From NCBI GenBank assembly GCA_022711665.1, contig JAKLEN010000001.1, positions 433,179-497,178 of the forward strand: a stretch of DNA of 64,000 nt, in the 5' to 3' direction. Both the position numbers and the translations under genes were made by a program. Of the stretch, positions 39,630 through 48,997 are shown one piece after another (the first letter of the stretch is position 1; each line of letters begins with the position of its first letter). Source of the DNA: Acidobacteriota bacterium (GTDB lineage: Bacteria; Acidobacteriota; Aminicenantia; Aminicenantales; Saccharicenantaceae). A model generated the notes under the pieces. The model searched no databases and was not told the origin of the DNA. It saw nothing but the letters and a program-made list of their open reading frames with translations.

Positions 39630-40404
39630 GGCGGACCGCCTCCTTGATCCATTCCGGGATGCGACCGGAGTTTAGTTCCGGCGCCCCCTTGACCCACCAG
39701 GCGAAGAACTCGACGTTGCCCTTCTGGCCGTGCGTCGAGCAGCGGATGAGGCCTTTGAGGCCGAAGCCGATCGCCCTGGCTGCCGCGACGACGCGCTCCA
39801 GGACCGCGGCGTGGACCGCCGGGTCCCGGACGACGCCCTTCTTCCCGACGTCCTTCGGCCCGGCCTCGAACTGCGGCTTGACGAGAGAGACCAGGGCCCA
39901 GTCCCCGGGGATGGCCGCCAGGACCGGCAGGATCTTGACGACCGAGATGAACGAGACATCCATGGTGACGATGCCCGGCGGCTCCGGGATATCGGCCGGG
40001 ACGAGTGCCCGGGCGTTCTTCTCGATCCGCACGACCCGCGGGTCCTTCGACAGGCTCCAGTCGAGCTGCCTGGTGTCGACGTCGACGGCGTAAACCCGGG
40101 CCGCGCCCCGTTTCAGCAGGCAATCGACGAAGCCGCCCGTCGAGGCCCCGACGTCGAGCCCGACCAGGCCGGCGACGTCGATCCCGAAGCGGGCGAGGGC
40201 CTCCTCGAGCTTGAGGCCGCCGCGGCTGACGAAGGGGAGCGGATGCGCCACCTCGAGCGGCGCTTCGGCATCGAGCAGCTCCCCCGGCTTGCCGACCGCC
40301 CGGCCGGCGCTCGTCACCAGTCCGGCCATGATCAGGGCCTGGGCTTTCTCCCGGCTGGGCGCGAGACCGCGGCCGGCCAGGAGCTTATCCGCGCGCTCTT
40401 TCAC
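39622..40404 (-). CDS. tlyA: TlyA family rRNA (cytidine-2'-O)-methyltransferase
   Basis: From GTG 40404: VKERADKLLAGRGLAPSREKAQALIMAGLV (S4 domain), then an FtsJ-like methyltransferase domain (GLDVGASTGGFVDCLLKRGAARVYAVDV). It overlaps the dxs end by 20 nt and the nadK start by 8 nt. Confidence 0.85.
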   Translation of the reverse strand: MKERADKLLAGRGLAPSREKAQALIMAGLVTSAGRAVGKPGELLDAEAPLEVAHPLPFVSRGGLKLEEALARFGIDVAGLVGLDVGASTGGFVDCLLKRGAARVYAVDVDTRQLDWSLSKDPRVVRIEKNARALVPADIPEPPGIVTMDVSFISVVKILPVLAAIPGDWALVSLVKPQFEAGPKDVGKKGVVRDPAVHAAVLERVVAAARAIGFGLKGLIRCSTHGQKGNVEFFAWWVKGAPELNSGRIPEWIKEAVRHE

Positions 40405-42292
40405 CGGCCCCTCCGGCGGGCGCCGCCCCGTAGAATTCCCGGATGCTCCGGACGATCCCCGCGACGTCCAGGCCGAGCCCGGCCCGGATCTCGTCGGACT
40501 TGCCCATGGGGTAGACGGCGACGGGCAGGCCGAGCGCCAGGAACCGGATGTCGAACCGGCCTTCCCGGTCGAGGAGCCCGCGCACGGCACTCCCGGCGCC
40601 GCCCTCGACGATGCCTTCCTCGAGCGTGACGATCGTCCGGCCGGGGGCGGCGAAGCGGAGAATGAGCTCGCGGTCGAGCGGCTGGACGAACCGGGCGTTG
40701 GCCACGGCCAGGGAGATCCCCTCCTTCTCCAGCTCGCGGGCCGCCTCGAGCGCCGGGGCGGCCATCGCGCCCACGGCGAAAAGGAGGTCGCGGCCGTCCT
40801 TGAGGAGCTCGCTCCGGCCCAGCGGCAGGACCCGCAGCTCCTCGTCCATCGGCACGCCCAGGCCCTTGGCCTTCGGGAATCGCACCGAGGCCGGGTGCCC
40901 GTAGGCCAGGCCCGACCAGATCATGTGCTGAAGCTCGTTCTCGTCCTTGGGGGCCATGACGATCATGTTCGGCATCTGCCGCATGTAGGCCAGGTCGTTG
41001 ACGCCCTGGTGGGTCGGGCCGTCGTCGGGCACGACCCCGGCCCGGTCGAGGGCGAAGACGACCGGCAGGTCCATCAGGGCGACGTCGTGGTAGACCTGGT
41101 CGTAGGCCCGCTGCAGGAAGGTCGAGTAGATGGCCACGACCGGCTTGAGGCCGGCCAGGGCCAGGCCGGCGGCGAACGTCACGGCGTGCTGCTCGGCGAT
41201 GCCGACGTCGAAAAAGCGGTCCGGCAGCTTCTCGGAGAACTCCCGCAGGCCCGTGCCCTCGCCCATGGCCGCCGAGATGGCCAGGACCCTCTCATCCTTC
41301 CGGGCGATCTTGATCATGGCCGCGCCGAAGGCGCTGGAGAAGGACGGGCCCCAATCCTTCTGCAGGGGCTCGCCCGTGGCCACCTTGAACGGCCCCAGGC
41401 CGTGGAACTTCTCCGGGTGGGTCCGGGCCGGTTGGAAGCCCTTGCCTTTCTGGGTGACGCACTGGATGAGGACGGGGCCGTCGCCGGCCTTGGCCGCCTC
41501 GAAGGCGTCGACCAGCGACTGGACGTTGTGGCCGTGGACCGGCCCGATGTAGCGGATGCCGAGCTCCTTGAAAACGTAGCCGGGGAAGAGCGTCTTTTTG
41601 ACCAGCTCCTCCATGGCCCGGCCAGCCTTGATGATGGGGTCCCCGAGCCGGGGCACCTTGCGCAGGATCGACTTGGCCTGGTCCTTCATCCGTATGTAGC
41701 GGTGGCCGGAGACGAGATAGGAGAAGTACTTCGACCAGGCCCCGACGTTGAGCGAGATGGACATCTCGTTGAAGTTCAGGACGATGATCAGCCGCTTGCG
41801 GAGGTGGCCGACCTGGTTGAGGGCCTCCAGGGCGACGCCGCCGGTCAGGCTGCCGTCGCCGACGACGGCGACGACGTGGTGGTTCTCCCCGGCCTTGTCC
41901 CGGGCCACGGCCAGGCCCAGGGCGGCCGACAGGGCCGTCGAGGCGTGGCCGGTGTTGAAGACGTCGTGCGGGCTCTCCTCGCGGCAGGGGAAGCCGAGGA
42001 TGCCGCCGCGGCGCCGCAGGCTGCCGAAGCGGTCCTTCCGGCCGGTCAGGATCTTGTGGGTGTAGCACTGGTGGCCGACGTCCCAGACGATCTTGTCCCG
42101 GGGCGAGTCGAAGGCCAGGTGGAGGGCCAGGGTCAGCTCGACGGCGCCCAGGTTCGAGGCCAGGTGGCCGCCGTTCCTGGAAACGGTCTCCAGGATGAGC
42201 GTCCGGATCTCCATGGCCAAGGTCGAGAGCTCCTCGGGCGAGAGCCGGCGCAGATCGGCCGGCTGGCGCACCCGGTCGAGGACGTTAGCCAT
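40385..42292 (-). CDS. dxs: 1-deoxy-D-xylulose-5-phosphate synthase
   Basis: 635 aa. Motifs GGHLASNLGAVELTLALH and GDGSLTGG (ThDP binding), followed by transketolase-like Pyr and C-terminal domains. Confidence 0.97.
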   Translation of the reverse strand: MANVLDRVRQPADLRRLSPEELSTLAMEIRTLILETVSRNGGHLASNLGAVELTLALHLAFDSPRDKIVWDVGHQCYTHKILTGRKDRFGSLRRRGGILGFPCREESPHDVFNTGHASTALSAALGLAVARDKAGENHHVVAVVGDGSLTGGVALEALNQVGHLRKRLIIVLNFNEMSISLNVGAWSKYFSYLVSGHRYIRMKDQAKSILRKVPRLGDPIIKAGRAMEELVKKTLFPGYVFKELGIRYIGPVHGHNVQSLVDAFEAAKAGDGPVLIQCVTQKGKGFQPARTHPEKFHGLGPFKVATGEPLQKDWGPSFSSAFGAAMIKIARKDERVLAISAAMGEGTGLREFSEKLPDRFFDVGIAEQHAVTFAAGLALAGLKPVVAIYSTFLQRAYDQVYHDVALMDLPVVFALDRAGVVPDDGPTHQGVNDLAYMRQMPNMIVMAPKDENELQHMIWSGLAYGHPASVRFPKAKGLGVPMDEELRVLPLGRSELLKDGRDLLFAVGAMAAPALEAARELEKEGISLAVANARFVQPLDRELILRFAAPGRTIVTLEEGIVEGGAGSAVRGLLDREGRFDIRFLALGLPVAVYPMGKSDEIRAGLGLDVAGIVRSIREFYGAAPAGGAGERARG

Positions 42293-42303
42293 TGCTTCGC
42301 CGC

Positions 42304-42570
42304 TCAGTCCTTGCCGTCCTCGTCGCCGGCCTCGTCGCCTTCGGCCGGCTCGGCCTCGAACTCCTCGGCCTTGAGGTTCCCCTGCTCGTCCTTGAGCAGG
42401 ATCTCGACCTTGCGCTCGGCCTTGTCGAGCTCGGCCCGGAGGAAGCGGGACATCTTGACCCCCTTTTCGAACAGGGCCAGCGACTCGTTGAGGGAGATGC
42501 CGCCCTTCTCCAGCTTGGCCACGATCTGCTCCAGCTCGGCCAGGGCCTTCTCGAACGTCAGGTTGGTCAT
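42304..42570 (-). CDS. xseB: Exodeoxyribonuclease VII small subunit
   Basis: 88 aa from ATG 42570 (ATGA overlap with the xseA stop): MTNLTFEKALAELEQIVAKLEKGGISLNESLALFEKGVKMSRFLRAELDKAE... Confidence 0.9.
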   Translation of the reverse strand: MTNLTFEKALAELEQIVAKLEKGGISLNESLALFEKGVKMSRFLRAELDKAERKVEILLKDEQGNLKAEEFEAEPAEGDEAGDEDGKD

Positions 42571-43820
42571 GATCCCTCCTTCAGGAACCTGGACTCCAGG
42601 AGCTTCTTGCGGTCGACCGACTCGACCCGGGCCCGGAACTCGCCCTTGAAGAACGACACTTCGACGGTCTCGCCGGCCTCGACCTCCTCGATCCGGCGGG
42701 CCAGGCGCAGGCCGCCCTCCTTCCAGACGAGCGTGTAGCCTTTCTTGAGAACGGCCAGGGGGCTCAGGGCGTCGAGCGCGGCCGTCAGCCTGTCCCAGGC
42801 GGCCCGGCGCTCGGCCAGGGTCCGGCGGAGGACGTATCCCAGCCGCTCGGCCGCCAGCCGCGCCGCCCCCTGGTGGGCGGCAAGGGCCCGCTGCTCGGCG
42901 CGGATGACGTTGCGGCCCCGGGTCTCGAGGTCGTCGACCTTGCGGGCCAGGTTGGCCAGGCGGACCTGGAAGTTCTGGAAGATGCGGTGCCGGGCCAGGT
43001 CGTCGACGTCGCCCCGCAGGCGCTGGACCTCGAAGCGCAGGGTCTCGGCCAGCCGCCGCGTCAGGGCGCCGATGCGCTCGGCGAAGGCCGCCTCGGTCTC
43101 GATGACCATCTCCGCCGCCGCCGAGGGCGTCGAGGCCCGGACGTCGGCGACGAAGTCGGCGATGGTGAAGTCGACCTCGTGGCCGACGGCGGAGATGACC
43201 GGCACCGGCGAGCGGGCGATGGCCCGGGCCACCGGCTCCTCGTTGAAGGCCCAAAGGTCCTCGATCGAGCCGCCGCCCCGGCCGACGATGAGGACGTCGA
43301 TGCCCGGCCGGGCGCCCAGGGCGTCGATGCCCTCGACGATCTCGGCCGCCGCGCCCTCGCCCTGGACCCGGGCGGGATAGATGACGACATGGAGCCTGGC
43401 GTAGCGGCGCTCGAGGATGCGCAGGATGTCGCGCAGGGCGGCGCCGCTGGGCGAGGTGACGACGCCGATCGTCTTCGGCCGGAGCGGCAGCCTGCGCTTG
43501 CGCTTCTCGTCGAACAGGCCCTCGGCCTTGAGCTTCTCCTTGAGCTGCTCGAAGGCCATCTGGAGGGCGCCCTTGCCCTTGGGCTCGACCAGGTCGACGT
43601 AGAGCTGGTAGTCGCCGCGGGGCTCGTAGACGCTGACCTTGCCCCGGCAGACGACCTTCATCCCGTCCTTGACCTCGAACGGGACCTGGCGGGCCGTCGA
43701 CTGCCACATGACGGCCTTGATGACGCTCTTCTCGTCCTTGAGGCTGAAGAAGACGTGGCCCGAGGCGGCCCTCTTGTAGCCGGAGACCTCGCCCTCGACC
43801 CAGACGCGGGGCAGGGCCAC
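42567..43820 (-). CDS. xseA: Exodeoxyribonuclease VII large subunit (true start probably upstream, about 43886)
   Basis: OB-fold N-terminus (VWVEGEVSGYKRAASGHVFFSLKD) and catalytic core (VTSPSGAALRDIL, GRGGGSIEDLWAFN, SAVGHEVDFTIADFVAD). The in-frame sequence upstream of GTG 43820 still encodes the conserved VYTVSQVTEIVKTALE. See the findings. Confidence 0.9.
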   Translation of the reverse strand: MALPRVWVEGEVSGYKRAASGHVFFSLKDEKSVIKAVMWQSTARQVPFEVKDGMKVVCRGKVSVYEPRGDYQLYVDLVEPKGKGALQMAFEQLKEKLKAEGLFDEKRKRRLPLRPKTIGVVTSPSGAALRDILRILERRYARLHVVIYPARVQGEGAAAEIVEGIDALGARPGIDVLIVGRGGGSIEDLWAFNEEPVARAIARSPVPVISAVGHEVDFTIADFVADVRASTPSAAAEMVIETEAAFAERIGALTRRLAETLRFEVQRLRGDVDDLARHRIFQNFQVRLANLARKVDDLETRGRNVIRAEQRALAAHQGAARLAAERLGYVLRRTLAERRAAWDRLTAALDALSPLAVLKKGYTLVWKEGGLRLARRIEEVEAGETVEVSFFKGEFRARVESVDRKKLLESRFLKEGS

Positions 43821-43890
43821 CTCCAGCGCGGTCTTGACGATCTCCGTGACCTGCGAGACCGTGTAGACGTGGTCCTTGACGACCAGGCCT

Positions 43891-44694
43891 TCAGTCTTCG
43901 TGACCGTCCTCCGCCAGGATCTCCCGGACGATCGACCGGGCCCGGCCGGTCTCCGGGTCGATCGAGATGAAGACGCCCGACAGGAACAGGCCGTCCCGCG
44001 AGGGCTCGAAGCGCTGCGGCCGGGAGGTCAGGAACCGGGCCAGGGCCTGTTCTCGGGCCATGCCGATGACCGCGTTGCGGCCGCCGGCCATGCCGGCGTC
44101 GGTGATGTAGGCCGTCCCCTGGGGGAGGACCCGCTCGTCCGACGTCGGGACGTGGGTGTGCGTGCCCAGGACGGCCGAGACCCGGCCGTCGAGGTGCCAG
44201 CCGAGGGCCTGCTTCTCGGAGGTGGCCTCGGCGTGGAAATCGATGAGGATGATCGGCGTGACGGCCCGCAGGGCGGCGACCTCCTCGTCGGCCCGCTTGA
44301 ACGGGCAGTCTATGGGCTCCATGAAGACCCGCCCCTGCAGGTTGAGGACGGCCGCCTTGGTCCCGTCGGACGCCTGGAAGACGTAGGACCAGCGGCCGGG
44401 ATTGACCGGCGGGTAATTGGCCGGCCGGAGGAGGCGCGGCTCGCGCTCCAGGTAGGGCAGGGCGTCCTTCTTGTCCCAGATGTGGTTGCCCGAGGTCAGG
44501 ACGTCGATGTGCATGAACAGGTCCCGGCCGATCTCCTCGGTGATACCGCTGCCGCCGGCCGCGTTCTCGCCGTTGGCGATGACGATCGACGGCTTGTACT
44601 TCTTGATCAGGCCGGGCAGGAACTTGTCGATGGCCCGCCGGCCCGGACGGCCGATGATGTCGCCGAGGAAAAGGGCCCCGAACTCAGCGGGCAT
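43891..44694 (-). CDS. ymdB: YmdB-like metallophosphoesterase (2',3'-cyclic-nucleotide phosphodiesterase family)
   Basis: 267 aa. Motifs FLGDIIGRPGRRAI, ANGENAAGGSGIT, TSGNHIWD, DFHAEATSEK, GTHTHVPT. The conserved rny-ymdB pairing supports the call. Confidence 0.85.
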   Translation of the reverse strand: MPAEFGALFLGDIIGRPGRRAIDKFLPGLIKKYKPSIVIANGENAAGGSGITEEIGRDLFMHIDVLTSGNHIWDKKDALPYLEREPRLLRPANYPPVNPGRWSYVFQASDGTKAAVLNLQGRVFMEPIDCPFKRADEEVAALRAVTPIILIDFHAEATSEKQALGWHLDGRVSAVLGTHTHVPTSDERVLPQGTAYITDAGMAGGRNAVIGMAREQALARFLTSRPQRFEPSRDGLFLSGVFISIDPETGRARSIVREILAEDGHED

Positions 44695-46246
44695 ATTCGA
44701 CCGCCCTCATCTCGCGGATGACCGTGACCTTGATCTGGCCGGGGTAGTCGAGCTCGGCCTTGATCTTGGCCGCCGTTTCCTTGGCCAGCAGGGCCGCCCT
44801 GTCGTCCGAGACCTTGAGGGCTTCGACGATGATGCGGATCTCGCGGCCGGCCTGGAGGGCGAAGGCCTTGGAAACGCCCTCGAACGAGCTGGCGATCTCC
44901 TCCAGCTTCTCCAGCCGCTGGATGTAGGTCTCGAGCAGCTCGCGCCGGGCCCCGGGCCGGGCGGCCGAGAGCGTGTCGGCGGCCTGGACCAGGACCGCCT
45001 CGATGGACGGGAAATCGACGTCGCGGTGGTGCGAGGCGATGGCCTGGACGACCTTCTCGGACTCGCCGTACTTCTTGGCCAGCTCGACGCCCAGCTCGGT
45101 GTGCGTGCCCTCGACGTCCCGGTCGACGGCCTTGCCGATGTCGTGGAGCAGGCCGGCCCGCAGGGCGACGTTGGTGTCGAGGCCGATCTCGCGGGCCATC
45201 ATGGCCGCCAGCATGGCCACTTCCTTGGTGTGCTGGAGGACGTTCTGGCCGTAGCTCGTCCGGTACTTGAGCTTGCCCAGGAGCTTGATCAGCTCGGGGT
45301 GGATGTCGCGGACCTTGAGCTCCAGGACGGCCGACTCGCCTTCCTGCTTGATCTTCTGCTCCAGGTCGGCCTTGACCGACTCGACGATGTCCTCGATGCG
45401 GGCCGGGTGGATGCGCCCGTCGGTGACCAGCTTCTGGATGGACAGGCGGGCCAGCTCCCGGCGGATGGGGTCGAAGCTCGACAGGATGACGGCCTCGGGC
45501 GTGTCGTCGACGATGATGTCGACGCCGGTGGCCATCTCCAGGGCCCGGATATTGCGGCCTTCGCGGCCGATGATCCGCCCCTTCATGTCGTCCGAGGGCA
45601 GGTCGACGACCGAGACGGTCGTCTCGACGATGTGCTCGGCGGCCGAGCGCTGGATGGCGTTGGTGATGATCTCGCGGGACGAGACGGCCGCCTTCTCGCG
45701 GGCCTCGTCCTCGATCCGCCGGACCGTGCCGATGGCCTCCAGCCGGGCCTCGTCCTCGATCTTCTTGATGAGCATGGCCTTGGCTTCGTCCTGGGTCATG
45801 CCGGAGATGCGCTCGAGCTCCTGGACGCTCCTCTGGAGGGTCTCGGCGATCTTGGCCTCCTCGGCCTCGAGGTCCTTCTCCTTCTGGGCGAGCTTACGCT
45901 CCTTCTGGGTGAAATCGCGCTCCTTGCGCTCGATCGACTGGAACCGCCGCTCCAGGTTCTCCTCCTTGCTGAGGAGCCGGCGCTCGGTCTCGTTGATCTT
46001 CCGCTGCTTCTCCCGGTTCTGGGTCTCCAGCTCGTTCTGCCGGGCCAGGTCCTTCTCGCGGGCCTCGATGGCCGCTTCCCGTTTGATCTTCTCGCCGTCC
46101 TCACGGGCCCGTTCCAGGATGATCCGGGCCTGTTCCTCCGCCTCGGCCGCCTTGCGGGTGCCAGCCTGCCGTTTGAGCAGGAGCACGATGACGGCCGCGG
46201 CCAGGACGACGCACGCGGCGATGGCGATGTAGGTCAGGGCGTTCAT
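44684..46246 (-). CDS. rny: Ribonuclease Y
   Basis: 520 aa. N-terminal TM helix, coiled coil, KH domain (GRIIGREGRNIRALE) and HD domain (LLHDIGKAVD). Confidence 0.95.
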   Translation of the reverse strand: MNALTYIAIAACVVLAAAVIVLLLKRQAGTRKAAEAEEQARIILERAREDGEKIKREAAIEAREKDLARQNELETQNREKQRKINETERRLLSKEENLERRFQSIERKERDFTQKERKLAQKEKDLEAEEAKIAETLQRSVQELERISGMTQDEAKAMLIKKIEDEARLEAIGTVRRIEDEAREKAAVSSREIITNAIQRSAAEHIVETTVSVVDLPSDDMKGRIIGREGRNIRALEMATGVDIIVDDTPEAVILSSFDPIRRELARLSIQKLVTDGRIHPARIEDIVESVKADLEQKIKQEGESAVLELKVRDIHPELIKLLGKLKYRTSYGQNVLQHTKEVAMLAAMMAREIGLDTNVALRAGLLHDIGKAVDRDVEGTHTELGVELAKKYGESEKVVQAIASHHRDVDFPSIEAVLVQAADTLSAARPGARRELLETYIQRLEKLEEIASSFEGVSKAFALQAGREIRIIVEALKVSDDRAALLAKETAAKIKAELDYPGQIKVTVIREMRAVEYAR

Positions 46247-46254
46247 CAGACAAC

Positions 46255-46279
46255 CTCCTCATCTATTTGAAATGAGGAG
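46255..46279 (-). promoter_or_regulatory. SD-sequestering hairpin in the rny leader
   Basis: Minus-strand RNA reads U-CUCCUCAU-[UUCAAAUAG]-AUGAGGAG-G. This gives 8 Watson-Crick pairs plus one U-G pair. The 3' arm contains the only SD (GAGGAGG), 7 nt before the rny AUG. Confidence 0.4.
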
Positions 46280-46359
46280 ACGAGATGGAAAACCGGAAGC
46301 GTCAGATGCCCGCGCCGGGATCGGCCCGGCCCGCGAGCCGGCCCCGAAGGGCGGGCCCG

Positions 46360-46689
46360 TCACAGCGGGGATTTATCGGCGTCCGTGTATGTCGTGTCAT
46401 CTGAGAAAAGATGCCCTTCCAAGCTTTCGATCTCCGTCTCCATGTGGCCCAAGGCCTCGTTCAGCTGGTCCAGCTTCTTCTGGCTGAGGAACAGCTCGTC
46501 CGCGATGTTCAAGGCCGCCAGCACGGCGATCTTGGTCGTGTCCGCGGACTTAGATTTCACAGCCACTTCGTGCATCTTCTGGTCCACGAGCGAGGTCAGG
46601 TGGCCTATATACTGCTCATCCTCTTCTCCTTTGACGCGGATCTTGTACCGCTGTCCGAAGATCTCGATCTCGAGGATGCGTTCGGTCAT
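46360..46689 (-). CDS. zapA: Cell division protein ZapA
   Basis: 109 aa: LEIEIFGQRYKIRVKGEEDEQYIGHLTSLVDQKMHEV......KIAVLAALNIADELF, followed by a coiled coil. This is the typical ZapA layout. Confidence 0.85.
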   Translation of the reverse strand: MTERILEIEIFGQRYKIRVKGEEDEQYIGHLTSLVDQKMHEVAVKSKSADTTKIAVLAALNIADELFLSQKKLDQLNEALGHMETEIESLEGHLFSDDTTYTDADKSPL

Positions 46690-46946
46690 AAGCCCAGCTG
46701 GTCGATCTGCCCGATGATGGCCTCGATCTTCCCCTTGAGAACCTCCCGTTCGCCCTCGTACTTCTTCATCTCCTCGTCCAGGCGGGCGACCTTGCGGGCG
46801 TTCTCCTCGAAGTCCTTCTTTTCGGTCTTGAGCTCCTTGATCTGCTGCCGGAGCTTCTCGTTCTCGGCCGTCAACTTGTGGATGTGATCGACGACCTGTC
46901 CGATCTTGCCTTCGAGTATTTTAATGCGCTCGAGTTCGGAAGTCAA
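46686..46946 (-). CDS. zapB: ZapB-like coiled-coil cell-division protein
   Basis: 86 aa, all coiled coil (LERIKILEGKIGQVVDHIHKLTAENEKLRQQIKELKTEKKDFEE...). The TTG start overlaps the pheT stop, and the stop overlaps the zapA start. Confidence 0.6.
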   Translation of the reverse strand: MTSELERIKILEGKIGQVVDHIHKLTAENEKLRQQIKELKTEKKDFEENARKVARLDEEMKKYEGEREVLKGKIEAIIGQIDQLGL

Positions 46947-48997
46947 TTGATCCCCTCCCTCAGTTGGATATCGAGAGCGGCCTTGAGGTGGCCGATGATC
47001 TCCTGGGCGGCCTTGTCGACTTCCCCGGCCACCAGCGTCCGCTGGGGATGGCGGAAGCGCAGCCGGATGGTCAGGCTGACCCGGCCCTCCGGAACGGGCG
47101 GGCCGGCGAAGCGGTCAACGAGCTCGAAGCCCTCGAGAAGGGGCTGGTCGAGCCGGCCGAGGATCCGGGCCGCGTCGCCGTAGGGGACGGCCCGGTCGAC
47201 GAGGAATGAGAAATCGCGGACGACGCCGGGGAACTTCGGCACCGGGACGAACTCGAACGGCCGCGGCGTCTTGCCGAACAGGGCCGAGAGGTCGATCTCG
47301 CCTGCGATTACCGGCCGTTCGACCGAGGCCCCGGCCGTGAAAGCGGCCCGCAGCGTCCCGACGAAGCCGACGGCCTGGCCCCTGTAGAGGACCGCCAGGG
47401 CCGATCCGGGCTCGAACGAGGGATGGTCGCGCTCCTCGAAGACGACCGGGTCGAAGCGCAGGGCTTCGAGGGCGGCCTCGACGGCCCCCTTGACGGTGAA
47501 GAAGTCCGCCTCGGCCGGGGCCCCCGAGGGGCCGGCCCCGGGCCGGAGCCCGGTCGAGAGCAGGCCGAGGTGAAGGTCCTCGCGGTGCTTCTTCTCGTCG
47601 ACCCAGTAATAGACGTTCCCCGTCTCGAAGACGTGGACGCCCTCCAGGCCGCGGTTCAGGTTCCAGGCGGCGTTCTCGACCAGGCCGGGGAGCAGGGTCG
47701 TTCGCATGACCGAGGCCCGGTTGGAGAACGGGTTCTGGATGGCCACGGGCGTGCGGCCGCCGGCCGCGGCGGCTTCCCGCTCGGGGTCGGCGAAGCTCCA
47801 GTTGATGACCTCGTCGAAGCCCTGGCCGAGCAGGGCCTGCCGGATGCGGGCCAGCCGCTCCCGGGAGCGGTTGGCGGCCAGGGGGAACGAATCGACCGGC
47901 GTGACCCGGGGCGGGATGCGGTCGTAGCCGTAGAACCGGGCCACTTCTTCGACCAGGTCGGCCTCGCGCGAGACGTCGACGCGGAAGGTCGGCACGTCGA
48001 CCCGCCAGGCGTGGTGGGCGGCCGGCTCCAGGCGGAAGCCCAGGCGGCCGAGCACATCGACCACGAATTCCTCGGGCACGACGACGCCCAGGAGCTCGGC
48101 CACCCGGCGCAGGCGCAGGCGGACCCGGAGGGCCTTCGGCGGCCGGGGATAGCAATCGATGAGGCCGCGGCTGGCCCGGCCGCCCATCTGGGTCAGGAGC
48201 GAGGCGGCCATGCGGGCGCCCTGCGGCGCGAAGCCGATGTCGGCCCCCCGCTCGAAGCGGTAGGAGGCGTCGGTCGCCAGGCCCAGCTTCTTGGCCGTCT
48301 TGCGTATGCCGATAGGATCAAAGCAGGCGCTCTCGATGAAGACGTCGCGCGTCGATTCGGAGATGCCCGAAGCCTGGCCGCCGATGATGCCGGCCAGGGC
48401 CACCGGCCGGCTCTCGTCGGCGATGACCAGCATGCCCGGCTCGAGGGCCAGCGTCCGTCCGTCGAGGTCGACCAGGGTCTCGCCCCGCTTGGCCTCGCGG
48501 ACGACGATGCGGCCGCCGCCGATCCGGCCGAAGTCGAAGGTGTGCAGCGGCTGCCCGGTGGCGAAGAGGACGTAGTTCGAGACGTCGACGATGTTGTTGA
48601 TCGGCCGCAGGCCCACGGCCTCCAGGCGGCGCCGCATCCACTCGGGCGACGGCCCGACCGGCACGCCGCGGACGACCAGGCCGCAGTAGCGGGGGCAGAG
48701 GGCTTCGGCCGCGATCTGGACGTCGGCCACGGCCGCGGTCTCCTCGTCGAGCTCAGCCACCGGCCAGTCCTTCTCCAGGAGGGGCAGCCGGAGCAGGGCC
48801 CCGAGCTCCCGGGCCACGCCGAGGTGGCCGAGGGTGTCCGGTCGGTTGGCGTAGGTCTCGAGGTCGAGGATGAGATCGCCGTCCTTCTCCTCGACCGTCT
48901 CCGGCACCCAGCCGATCATGGTCAGCCTGTCGACGAGCTCCTGGCGGGGCAGGTCGACGGCGACGTATTCGCGGATCCAGTCCTGGCTGATCTTCAT
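46943..48997 (-). CDS. pheT: Phenylalanine--tRNA ligase beta subunit (short form)
   Basis: Trimmed to [12 protein letters not shown]... (ATG 48997, ATGA overlap with the pheS stop), giving 684 aa. B3/4, B5, catalytic-like and FDX-ACB domains are recognisable. Confidence 0.95.
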   Translation of the reverse strand: MKISQDWIREYVAVDLPRQELVDRLTMIGWVPETVEEKDGDLILDLETYANRPDTLGHLGVARELGALLRLPLLEKDWPVAELDEETAAVADVQIAAEALCPRYCGLVVRGVPVGPSPEWMRRRLEAVGLRPINNIVDVSNYVLFATGQPLHTFDFGRIGGGRIVVREAKRGETLVDLDGRTLALEPGMLVIADESRPVALAGIIGGQASGISESTRDVFIESACFDPIGIRKTAKKLGLATDASYRFERGADIGFAPQGARMAASLLTQMGGRASRGLIDCYPRPPKALRVRLRLRRVAELLGVVVPEEFVVDVLGRLGFRLEPAAHHAWRVDVPTFRVDVSREADLVEEVARFYGYDRIPPRVTPVDSFPLAANRSRERLARIRQALLGQGFDEVINWSFADPEREAAAAGGRTPVAIQNPFSNRASVMRTTLLPGLVENAAWNLNRGLEGVHVFETGNVYYWVDEKKHREDLHLGLLSTGLRPGAGPSGAPAEADFFTVKGAVEAALEALRFDPVVFEERDHPSFEPGSALAVLYRGQAVGFVGTLRAAFTAGASVERPVIAGEIDLSALFGKTPRPFEFVPVPKFPGVVRDFSFLVDRAVPYGDAARILGRLDQPLLEGFELVDRFAGPPVPEGRVSLTIRLRFRHPQRTLVAGEVDKAAQEIIGHLKAALDIQLREGIN

